Positions 1-8,336 of a DNA stretch of 64,000 bases are shown piece by piece. The notes beneath the pieces are model-generated. The model was not told the DNA's origin, ran no database searches, and saw nothing but the letters and a program-made list of their open reading frames with translations. Position numbers and translations under genes: made by a program. Each line of letters opens with the position of its first letter. Positions within the stretch are counted from its first letter, which is position 1. Location: positions 160,001-224,000 of the forward strand of contig CAVTBU010000007.1 in assembly GCA_963733035.1 (NCBI GenBank), written 5' to 3'. Source of the stretch: Pirellulales bacterium. GTDB lineage: Bacteria; Planctomycetota; Planctomycetia; Pirellulales; PALSA-1355.

Positions 1-504
1 GTCCTCGCCCGAGAGCGTCGTCAGCACGGGAATGCCCAGCTTGCGAATCTCGTGGGCCACGCCGATCAGCATGGCATTCGACAGGTGTACCACGTCGGGC
101 CGGGCTTCCTGCTCGATCCACCGTACCAGCTTCCGCACTTCCTTCCGCTGCCGGCCATGTTCGCCTTCGAGCATCGAGACCGTCAGGTCTCCCAACCGCT
201 CCGGCTCAATGCTCGGTCCGCCCCGCGTCAGCCACGCGATCATCCGCGGGTTGTCGAGCAGGTGATCCAGAAACCAGGGCGTATGCCGAAAGATGGACGA
301 GTGCTGCTGCAGGAAGACGTTGACGCCGCCAAAGAAGAGGTGCGAATCGCTGACGCTATCTTCATCGGTGCGGAGCGGCGTGTAGGTGGGCACGAGCAGC
401 ACATCCTCACCCAGCGCCGAGAGCGCGGCCGCCAGCGTGTTGTCGTGCAGGCAACTGCCGCAATACATGCCGGCCGCCCCGGCCGCCAGATAGAGAATCT
501 TCAT
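1..504 (-). CDS. Glycosyltransferase family 4 (GT-B), N-terminal part; runs off the window start
   Basis: Manual translation from ATG at 504: MKILYLAAGAAGMYCGSCLHDNTLAAALSALGEDVLLVPTYTPLRTDE..., a typical GT4 N-terminus. No stop before position 1. Confidence 0.75.
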   Translation of the reverse strand, partial: MKILYLAAGAAGMYCGSCLHDNTLAAALSALGEDVLLVPTYTPLRTDEDSVSDSHLFFGGVNVFLQQHSSIFRHTPWFLDHLLDNPRMIAWLTRGGPSIEPERLGDLTVSMLEGEHGRQRKEVRKLVRWIEQEARPDVVHLSNAMLIGVAHEIRKLGIPVLTTLSGED

Positions 505-872
505 AAGCCCCCGCCACGCTCAACGCCAAACGCGAATGCCCATCTATTTCGTCGCTGCCAATTGTAGAGGTCTTTGAGCGGATGGGAAATCGTCGACGGA
601 AAACGATGTAGGGCAGATCGCAGGAGGCGGACGCGTCACGCAAGCAGCGTCACTGGCACGAACAGCGTCCGCTAAGACTACTAGACAAGACGTTACTTAA
701 AGGTGGGGATCAGCTTTGCCTTGGCCTCGCTCATGGCAGATCATTTTCTTCAACGTGATGGAGCTTGGCAAAATCCATGATGTACAGTTTGCAGGCCCAT
801 CGAGTGCTACAATCGACCTGTCGAACAGGCGGCTAATGTCGAGATTTTCTTTTGCCTGGTGGCCTGCAATGA

Positions 873-1895
873 ATGGCTTCTTGTACGTGCGCGTCGCGGG
901 AAATCTCCGTCGACCGACTGCCATCTCTAATCCGGGCCTACCAGCAAAAGAACGCGAAGAGCGAATTCGACGCCTTCGGGTCCGGGCTCCAGGAGTTCAG
1001 CTCGCATGGACTGCTGTTTCGACGAATTGAGTCCTTGGCAGCAATCGAACTGGACCAGGTAGTCGTTGGACGCGACTATGAAACGCCCGGCGACTCGGGC
1101 CCCCACCAGGACTTTATCGGCGAAATGGGGCCGCAGACCAAACAGATGTTCTGCAGTTGGCAGACGCTTGTTGATCTGGAATCGCCGGTGGAAAGCAAGT
1201 TCGAACTGGCCGTGCACGGCGGGTGGCTTGTCCACGCCTCCTGGAATGAAGGTCGATGGTTTGCTGGATTTCATATCGGTAGTGCGTCCAAAGGCTTCCA
1301 GGAAATTGAGTACCGACATTTCTTGGTGGAACGCATCCTGGTCGCTATGGGCCTCGACGGCGGGATCAAAACCGAGTTCAATCAGGGCCACTTTACCATT
1401 TCTTCCCAGGAGCCTTGGCAGTTGCGCTTTATCCACGCCGGGCTCGGTGGACAAGATGCCCTCGGCATATGGTTTGGTGGCTTTTCCGACTATGCCCACG
1501 TGCTACGGGCCGCGCGTGGGGCGTTGCAGCATGTTTCGACCAAGATCTACGAGTGCAAAATTGCCGCCAGGTGCGATGCCTCGCAGTTTGAGTCGATCCG
1601 TGGACCGCTGAACGCGCTCGCTCATGATTGGCGCGTCGAACCCCTTGGCGAGTATACACCACGGGCGGCCGCCATTCTGGCGGGCGAAAGCGCCGACTTT
1701 GGCGAAATCTCCGTCATTCCAGCCGCTGAGTGGATCGAAAAGCGAAAAGGTGCGAAGGAGATTTTTCAACTGAACGTCCGCCCGGCCGGCCGCGGTTGCG
1801 TGCTCGAAGTGATTAGCGACTGTGCCGATGTGGACCGGCTGATGGATCGTGCCCAGATTCCTGCGGATCTTGGCTTTACGCTGGTCGCCAAATGA
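873..1895 (+). CDS. Hypothetical protein (340 aa) in the accessory islet; true start may be ATG 869 with a 1-nt indel at the G-run near 898-900
   Basis: Long ORF with globular composition. MNGFLYVRVAG from ATG 869 joins naturally to EISVDRLPSL if one base is added. Confidence 0.6.
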   Translation: MASCTCASREISVDRLPSLIRAYQQKNAKSEFDAFGSGLQEFSSHGLLFRRIESLAAIELDQVVVGRDYETPGDSGPHQDFIGEMGPQTKQMFCSWQTLVDLESPVESKFELAVHGGWLVHASWNEGRWFAGFHIGSASKGFQEIEYRHFLVERILVAMGLDGGIKTEFNQGHFTISSQEPWQLRFIHAGLGGQDALGIWFGGFSDYAHVLRAARGALQHVSTKIYECKIAARCDASQFESIRGPLNALAHDWRVEPLGEYTPRAAAILAGESADFGEISVIPAAEWIEKRKGAKEIFQLNVRPAGRGCVLEVISDCADVDRLMDRAQIPADLGFTLVAK

Positions 1896-1930
1896 TCGAC
1901 AGATTCACAAACCTCCATGCGGAGTGTTGG

Positions 1931-2253
1931 ATGCTTGAGGACACTGACAGGATTGACATGATCGCTCGAACGCCACGTGGCGATCTCGAACTGATTATCA
2001 CTGACTGTGGGATCACAACGAACAATCGTGCGCGATTTGACCTATTGGTTTCCAAGCTGCGGACGTACGTCGGCTATATCGTCAGCGACGAGTTCACAAG
2101 AGAAAACGGGAATAGCGCCCTGGCGACATCGCCATTCGTGTCGTTGCGGCTTCTCCTCCAACAGCACAAATGAAGCGAATCACGCAGGTAAACCCGTCTG
2201 ATCGCCCGGACCTTGCAATTCCGGTGCGGTACGAAGTATTTCCTCGGCCCTGA
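1931..2253 (+). pseudogene. DUF6572-like small (putative immunity) protein, frameshifted near 2110-2120
   Basis: GGAG RBS at 1921, then MLEDTDRIDMIARTPRGDLELIITD...FDLLVSKLRTYVGYIVSDEF. It continues in another frame as PGDIAIRVVAASPPTAQMKRI...VRYEVFPRP*, which resembles the DUF6572 pattern. Confidence 0.55.
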
Positions 2254-2362
2254 TCCAATTGCGGGTGCCATATGGTAGGCCGCGTTTCAATGGGCCTTCC
2301 GATCTTCTGCCCGCTGAAAGATCTTTGCTATTCGGCTCTGGTCACGGCGTGCATCTCGACGA

Positions 2363-2627
2363 AACGCGTTTGAAATCTCCCGCTTGAAATCGGGCCAGCA
2401 CCTGCGGCATACTCACCCGCGGTCGGATGGCCTGCGACGTGTGGACGAGCAACAAGCCTGGGACCTTGGTTGTCTTGTCTTTGGAACCTGCCCATCCCCG
2501 CCGACACGTTTCGGCGGCACGAGGATTACGGGGTTCGCTTGCGTCCACATGTTCGCCGCTTGGCCGCGCAGATACGCGGCGCCGGGGATCCACGGCGCTG
2601 CAACTTGCGCGGCAGGTCTGGCTGTCT
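2363..2627 (+). repeat. Direct repeat copy 1 (~265 bp): promoter plus 5' half of a candidate structured RNA
   Basis: Near-identical to 4159-4419; the central ~120 nt are identical. Confidence 0.95.
2384..2413 (+). promoter_or_regulatory. Sigma70-type promoter, TTGAAA-N18-CATACT (copy 1)
   Basis: Both hexamers are conserved between the repeat copies while the spacer bases differ. Confidence 0.55.
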
Positions 2628-2629
2628 AT

Positions 2630-3166
2630 TTGGCCTCCCGTGCTCGCGGAATTCGCGGGCCACGCAACCGTCCCAATAAGCCCCGTACCGCTACGCCGAT
2701 CGGCCGTAAGAAGCCGCGGTTTCCACCGCCAGTTGATACGATCCGGCTTACAAATCGACGAGGTCGCACGACACCCCATCCAAATCACGTGGTGTCGGTT
2801 GTAACAGAAGAGGAAGCGGCGCGGTTCCTTCATTCACTGCCCGACACCGCGGTGATATTCTGGGGTCAAAAAATCGGAAAACATCGCGCGGACATAATCA
2901 CGTTTAACCTTCGCACAAAGGTCGTAACTTTTTGGGACGTCAAGTATCGCAGCAGTCCTGTTCGAATTCAGGCATCCAAGACATTTGCGAAGGGCAAGCA
3001 ATCGCTGGAAAATGTCATTGTGCAGGCATACGATGCCGTCCTACTGTCCAGTCTAACGCCAGCCGACAAGGCAAGTGCCACAAAAGCATTGGTCTTGCGT
3101 CGATTTCAAGTTCGTACGCTCGGCGCCGGTGCTGCCAAGAACTCGAGTCTAGGAGGGTCCCCATGA
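2630..3166 (+). CDS. Putative orphan polymorphic-toxin C-terminal domain with a PD-(D/E)XK (restriction endonuclease-like) nuclease fold
   Basis: Motif H-R-A-D-I-I...V-T-F-W-D-V-K-Y-R-S with an upstream helical Glu (EEEAARFL). Basic protein whose stop overlaps the next ATG (ATGA). Start uncertain: TTG 2630, though the frame is open from 2384. Confidence 0.55.
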   Translation: MASRARGIRGPRNRPNKPRTATPIGRKKPRFPPPVDTIRLTNRRGRTTPHPNHVVSVVTEEEAARFLHSLPDTAVIFWGQKIGKHRADIITFNLRTKVVTFWDVKYRSSPVRIQASKTFAKGKQSLENVIVQAYDAVLLSSLTPADKASATKALVLRRFQVRTLGAGAAKNSSLGGSP

Positions 3167-3900
3167 CCTTTGATCCCAAGCGATTACGCAAGGGTTTACA
3201 CGAGTATCTGATTGCCCTGGCCGAGAATGCGAGCCTTGACGAGGCTCGACGTGGGGAATGCATCGGTAGTGTCGGAAACCACCTGTTGCACATCGCCTTG
3301 CAATGCATTTTGGTCGGCGAGTTTGCCATTGCTAAAACTGTTCTGGCGAAAGTGCGTCGGTTTTTGCAGGAAGCAATCGAAAAAGGGGAGCACGATACGC
3401 CCGGATTGCGGTTCGTACTCGACAATTATTCGCTGACGTCTTGGTTGGTCGAAGGGCGTGATGACAAATCGAGTCTCCGCGAGTGCGTCGCACTCCGAGA
3501 GAAATGGTTTCAAGGAAAGGGCAATCTGAACCGAACCGAAATGCAACTCTCGCTGCTGCCGTATTTGCAATCGGGGCAACTCGACACGCTCATGGCGCGC
3601 TACGAAAGTGTCGGACTCACGAAACCCAAGAGCCTGCGACACATCAAGGGGGAGGGTACGATGTGCTACGTGCTCGCACGCCATCGGCTGGGACTTGATT
3701 ACACCGACGACGAAATCTCGCAGGCACTTCAGACCTTTCTGAAACGCTGCATGGAAGATTGGCTGTTCGGTCACTATTGCACCGTCGCCCGCTGGATGAA
3801 AATCGCGCATTGGAAACCCGGCGACGATCCGATCGCCACCGTGCTGCGCTGCTACGACTATCTGCCGGGCCGCAAGCCGCCGAAGTATCCCCCTGGGTAG
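3163..3900 (+). CDS. Putative cognate immunity protein (helical, 245 aa)
   Basis: AGGAGG RBS; ATG 3163 overlaps the toxin stop; MTFDPKRLRK...YDYLPGRKPPKYPPG. Confidence 0.6.
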   Translation: MTFDPKRLRKGLHEYLIALAENASLDEARRGECIGSVGNHLLHIALQCILVGEFAIAKTVLAKVRRFLQEAIEKGEHDTPGLRFVLDNYSLTSWLVEGRDDKSSLRECVALREKWFQGKGNLNRTEMQLSLLPYLQSGQLDTLMARYESVGLTKPKSLRHIKGEGTMCYVLARHRLGLDYTDDEISQALQTFLKRCMEDWLFGHYCTVARWMKIAHWKPGDDPIATVLRCYDYLPGRKPPKYPPG

Positions 3901-4031
3901 ATTCGATCGTCTGGCCCGTCGAATCGCAAAGCGACCTCCTCAAGTGAGAACAAGGAAGCTTGTCACAGGCCGCCAACCAAACCAAATCTTCAGGCGGTCG
4001 GCGATGAGCGTTGTCGACGACGTCTGCCAAT

Positions 4032-4106
4032 CATACCAACCCGAAGCGCGAGCAAGGAAGGACACAGCATACGGAAAAGCCCTCGCTTGCGCTTCGGGTG
4101 AGTATG
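4032..4106. repeat. Planctomycete-type REP-like palindrome pair
   Basis: CATACCAACCCGAAGCGCGAGCAAGG ... CCTCGCTTGCGCTTCGGGTGAGTATG are inverted arms; the minus strand translates as TRSASEG. Confidence 0.75.
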
Positions 4107-4158
4107 GCCGTGGACGCTTTCACCGCGTCTCTGTCGCCGTCGCGATTTCTCCCACAAG

Positions 4159-4419
4159 AACGCGTTTGAAATCTCCGGCTTGAAATCGGGCCAGCACTTG
4201 CCGCATACTCACCCGCGGTCGGATGGCCTGCGATGTGTGGACGAGCAACAAGCCTGGGACCTTGGTTGTCTTGTCTTTGGAACCTGCCCATCCCCGCCGA
4301 CACGTTTCGGCGGCACGAGGATTACGGGGTTCGCTTGCGTCCACATGTTCGCCGCTTGCCGCAATACGACGGCGCCGGGGATCCACGGCGCTGCTCTTGC
4401 GCGGCAGGTCTGGCTGTCT
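4159..4419 (+). repeat. Direct repeat copy 2 (~261 bp)
   Basis: Near-identical to 2363-2627. Confidence 0.95.
4180..4209 (+). promoter_or_regulatory. Sigma70-type promoter, TTGAAA-N18-CATACT (copy 2)
   Basis: Hexamers and spacing; sits directly before a multi-hairpin region that ends in a terminator. Confidence 0.55.
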
Positions 4420-4669
4420 TTGCCGCACGAAGGTTTTTTAGCCTGGCTTGGCGGTGGCGGAAGCCGCCGTCACTTGACGTACTGGTAAAACGAGTGCTTC
4501 GTGCTGCATGCCGCGTGTCGCGCCGCTCGGTCGATGGCCGAGGAGTGACCAACCATTAACCACTTTCAAAGTCCAATCCCGGCTCAACCGAGCACGACAC
4601 GCTTCTGTTTTTAAAAAGCGTCCAACCAAACGCCGCGCGCACCCTTGCGCGCTGGCGTTTGGTTTTTTT
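4215..4669 (+). ncRNA. Candidate ~450-nt multi-domain structured ncRNA of unknown family
   Basis: Promoter upstream and terminator downstream; long stems with G-U pairs; GGAA tetraloop hairpin at 4449-4472; no convincing ORF. Confidence 0.5.
4624..4669 (+). terminator. Intrinsic terminator
   Basis: AACCAAACGCC-GCGCGCA-CCCT-TGCGCGC-T-GGCGTTTGGTT followed by a T-run. Confidence 0.8.
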
Positions 4670-4973
4670 GTTTTCAATTCGTCCTTTGTGCCCTTGGTGG
4701 TTTTTTATCAACATCCTGTTTTTAATTGCTTACAGTTGCCCCTTCGCAGCCTTGGGTTCATTCGGAAGAATCGCGATTCGCGTCCACAGGACCAGGGGCC
4801 GACGCCCGCTGGCCATTCGGGGTCGCCGCTGTGTGGCTTTATTCGTACCTCCTCAGGCCCAGCCCTGACCGACTGGGGACACGCTACTCCCGCTGCGAGA
4901 TTCAGGCACGGCGTATACAATGGTCACCACCTCGATGCGAATCAAAAGAAGCCCTCGGACGTCACGCGCCTTG

Positions 4974-6036
4974 ATGCTCCCCACGCTGCGAATTGGACCA
5001 ATTGAACTCGACTTTCCCGTCGTGCAGGCGGCCCTGTCGGGCTACAGCGATTGGGCGATGCGCGTGATCGCGCGGCGGCTGGGGGCGCCGTATACGCTTT
5101 GCGAGGTGATGCTCGATCAGTTCATCAACGAAGTGACCAAGGGGCGCAAGGCGCGGCGCTATCCTGCGCACCAGCGACGAAGAACATCCGGTCGGCGGGC
5201 AGTTGATGGGGGCCAACCCCGAGGATTTTGCTCCGGCCGCTCGGCACCTGGTCGAGGCCGGCTTCGACGTCGTCGATATCAACTTCGGCTGCCCGGTCAA
5301 AAAGGTGCTCGGCCGACAACGCGGAGGGTTCCTGCTGGGGCAAGTCGACACGGCGCTGGAAATCGTCTCGCGGGTGCGCGAGGCCGTGCCCGACCGCGTG
5401 CCGGTGACCGTCAAGATGCGCCGCGGGATCGACGATTCGGCCGAGAGCCGCGACAAGTTCTTCGAGATCTTCGACGGCGCCTTCGAGCGGGGCGTGGCGG
5501 CCATCACCGTGCACGGCCGTACCGTCAAGCAGCGCTACGTCGGGCCGAGCCGGTGGCAGTTTCTACGCGAAGTGAAACAGCATGCCGGCCAGCGCGCGGT
5601 GTTGGGGAGCGGCGACTTGTTCACGCCGCAAGCATGCCTCGACATGATGCGCGAGACGGGCGTCGACGGCGTAACGGCCGCCCGCGGCGCGATCGGCAAT
5701 CCCTGGATCTTCGCCCAGGCCCGAGCGCTCGCCGCCGGCCAGCCGCTTCCCGCGCCGCCGACGGTCCGCGAGCAGCGCGACGTGATCGCCGAGCACTATC
5801 GACTGAGCGAGGAACTCTACGGCCCCGAAACGAGCGGGCGGCAGATGCGGAAGTTCGGCATCAAGTACTCACAGCTCCATCCCCAGGGCAAACAGGTCCG
5901 CGACGCGTTCGTGAAAGTCGCCCGGCCCGGCGAGTGGCTGACGGTATTGGAACGGTGGTACGCCGCAGACGCTCCCGGCGTGCATCCCTCGGCCGAGGAA
6001 GAGCAATTGATGAATTGCAGCGAGTCGGCGGCGTAG
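4974..6036 (+). CDS. dusB: tRNA-dihydrouridine synthase (DusB-like), split by a +1 indel near 5163
   Basis: QAALSGYSD at the N-terminus; DINFGCP, VTVKMRRG, VHGRT, GSGDL and ARGAIGNPWIF in the second frame. Confidence 0.85.
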
Positions 6037-6054
6037 CACGGGCCCTGTCAGCGT

Positions 6055-7209
6055 TTAGCCGGGAGGCATCGCCGACCGCGTGCCGCTCGCCGCGGAATGG
6101 AGCGCCGCCGCGATTTCGGTCAGGACCTCGGGATCGTCTTCCCGCGGCAAGCGGTGCTCAATCGCCGCACGAGTCGCATCAGAAGCGAATTGACCAAGCG
6201 CCCAGGCGCAAGCTCCGCGCACCAGCGGCTCGTTGTCGCTGAGTCCGCGGATAAGTGCGGGAATTGCTTCGGTCGCCCGCTGGTTGCCCAGCACGATGGC
6301 CGCATTGCGCAGGATGCCGCGCCGCTTGGGGCGCCACAGCGGCGTGCGACGGAACCGAGCCTTGAAGCTGGCGTCATCCAAATCGAACAGGGCAATCAAG
6401 TCGAGCGTGGTCGCTCCGTCGCGCGGCTCGAGCGACGGCTCGTCGGTCGTCACCGGCTTATGATTCCAAGGGCAAACATCTTGGCAAACGTCGCAGCCAA
6501 ACACCCAATCCTGCATACCCGCGCGCAGTTCCGGCGGGATGGATTCGCGCCGCTCGATCGTCAGGTAACTGATGCACTTGCGGGCATCGAGCACGTACGG
6601 CTGGACGAAAGCCTCGGTGGGGCAGGCGTCGAGACAGGCCGTGCACGTGCCGCAGTGATCGGATTCGCGTGCATCGTCCGGCGGAAGTTCCAAATCGGTG
6701 AGCAGCGCCGCCAGGAAAAACCAACTGCCGGATGGCTTGTTCAGCAAAAGCGTGTTCTTGCCGATCCAGCCCAGCCCGGCCAGTTGCGCAAACTCGCGTT
6801 CCAACAGCGGTGCCGTGTCGACCACCGTTCGCGCCGACGCGGTCGGAGCGCGAGCGAGCAGAAACAGTTCCAGGCGTCGCAAACGCTCGCGGATCAAATC
6901 GTGATAGTCGTCTCCCCAGGCATACCGGGCCACGCGGCCGTGGCCCGGTTGAGGAGGCGCCGGCTCACGGGTACGATAAGGAAACGCAAGCACGAGCAGG
7001 CTGCGAACGCCGTCGAGCACATGCCGCGGATGCGAGTAGGCCTCGGCCCGATTCGGCAGATAGTGCATCGTGCCCGCGTAACCGGCGGCCAGCCACTCGG
7101 CAAAGCGATCGATGCCTGCGGGCGTGACGGCCGCGCACACGCCGGAGAGCGAAAAGCCCAGCCGTCGGGCTTCGTCTTTTAATGCGGCGGTGAGTTGTCT
7201 GTTGTCCAT
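6055..7209 (-). CDS. queG: tRNA epoxyqueuosine(34) reductase QueG with C-terminal HEAT repeats
   Basis: ARYAWGDDYH, VDTAPLLERE, GWIGKN, CGTCTACLDACPT, GCDVCQDVCPWN. Confidence 0.93.
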   Translation of the reverse strand: MDNRQLTAALKDEARRLGFSLSGVCAAVTPAGIDRFAEWLAAGYAGTMHYLPNRAEAYSHPRHVLDGVRSLLVLAFPYRTREPAPPQPGHGRVARYAWGDDYHDLIRERLRRLELFLLARAPTASARTVVDTAPLLEREFAQLAGLGWIGKNTLLLNKPSGSWFFLAALLTDLELPPDDARESDHCGTCTACLDACPTEAFVQPYVLDARKCISYLTIERRESIPPELRAGMQDWVFGCDVCQDVCPWNHKPVTTDEPSLEPRDGATTLDLIALFDLDDASFKARFRRTPLWRPKRRGILRNAAIVLGNQRATEAIPALIRGLSDNEPLVRGACAWALGQFASDATRAAIEHRLPREDDPEVLTEIAAALHSAASGTRSAMPPG

Positions 7210-7261
7210 GTGGTCACAAACGAAAACCTGACTGGTCTCGCCCGAGCGATCGCCCCCTCTG

Positions 7262-7531
7262 ATGTTTACACCAAAATGCCTGCACCTGCTCGCCGCCGCC
7301 CTGCTGGGGAGCGTGCTGTTTGTCGGCTGCGAGAAGCCCTTGGACTCGCCGGAGTACGGCGAGCTGATCCAGAAGATACCGCCGGAGTTTGACCGGCCGT
7401 TTCCGCTGCCTGAACTGGACCAGCCGAGCCCCTCGCCGCTCGCCGGCCCCGCCGAAGCCCCAACCGACCCGGCTCCGCCCGAAGCCGGCCCCGCCCAGGC
7501 GGAGACGCAGGACAAGGAAAGCCATAAATAG
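7262..7531 (+). CDS. Small Pro-rich lipoprotein
   Basis: Lipobox LFVGC after a hydrophobic stretch. Confidence 0.6.
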   Translation: MFTPKCLHLLAAALLGSVLFVGCEKPLDSPEYGELIQKIPPEFDRPFPLPELDQPSPSPLAGPAEAPTDPAPPEAGPAQAETQDKESHK

Positions 7532-7631
7532 CGCCTATTTTCTCTATTTTGAGGATTGCACTACCCCAGCTTCCCAAATAGCCTCAAAGAGAGAGGCATC
7601 TTCTGAGCTCTTCCTACGCGAGGTTTGTGAC

Positions 7632-8063
7632 ATGTTCCGGCGAGTGAGCCTGTGGGCGGTGTGTGGTGTTCTGTTGGCGGCAAGCTTTGGTGCTTCGCGG
7701 GCTTCGGCTCAATTCGGTCCGGGCGGCTACGGCATCGGCTTCTTCAACTACGGTGGCAACTACTACGGTGGCAACTATCGGGTGCCGTACTATGCCCTGT
7801 TTCCGCCGGTGTACTACAGCTATCCCGTACCGCGGACCTATGGTTACAGCCCATTTGCTTATCCTCCCGGAACGATGACGCCCAATGCACCGCAAAAGGT
7901 CGCCGCGGTCGAATACGCAAACCCGTTCGTGGGCGGCGCTCGCCAGGATGGAGCGGTGCCGGCACCGGTGGGTAAGCAAGAGCCGGTCGATCCGACGGCC
8001 TCGTTGCCACGAATGTACTACAATCCGTTCGTACAGCCCCCGCAAACTGCCAGCACGAAGTAG
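7632..8063 (+). CDS. Secreted Gly/Tyr/Pro-rich planctomycete protein
   Basis: Signal peptide ending ASA-Q; YGGNYYGGNY and PVYYSYPVPRTYGYSPFAYPPG; two YxNPFV motifs. Confidence 0.7.
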   Translation: MFRRVSLWAVCGVLLAASFGASRASAQFGPGGYGIGFFNYGGNYYGGNYRVPYYALFPPVYYSYPVPRTYGYSPFAYPPGTMTPNAPQKVAAVEYANPFVGGARQDGAVPAPVGKQEPVDPTASLPRMYYNPFVQPPQTASTK

Positions 8064-8336
8064 CAAGCACCTGCCGCCACCGGCGTTGGCGCGATGCAAG
8101 GTCCCACGGCCGTCGTGCATGCAAAACCGGCCTGGACCGATCCGGCCAAGTCGCTATTCTTATGCCCCCTCAGCGTGTGCGCCTGCGCACGCCTCGAGGA
8201 TCCCATCTCGTCGTTTCGCACGTTGCTCATCGATCGTAGGATTTTCCATCGCCCGCGTCCCAATCGCTTCGTCGGGACGTAGATTTCAAGCGGTGAGAAT
8301 CGGACGCGCTATATGGCGTCGAAAGGAGTTTGTCCG

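Noticed and set aside
2384..2629. N-terminal 82 codons of the 260-aa ORF, and the parallel ORFs in repeat copy 2 (4180-4488, 4223-4441)
   Set aside because: The TTG start is the -35 hexamer itself, and indels between the copies change the frames, so the repeat is unlikely to be coding.
2363..4419. Repeats as a CRISPR array, IS ends, integron attC sites or a retron msr-msd
   Set aside because: Only two long direct copies with no spacer periodicity, no terminal inverted repeats or attC core boundaries, and no cas, transposase, integrase or reverse transcriptase gene in the window.
4215..4669. Identification as 6S RNA, tmRNA, RNase P or SRP RNA
   Set aside because: No symmetric central bubble, tRNA-like ends or tag ORF, GAGGAAAGUCC motif or SRP domain IV motif recognised. 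An Rfam search is still needed.
4920..6242. 440-aa ORF
   Set aside because: It is the DusB N-terminus followed by out-of-frame read-through after the indel.
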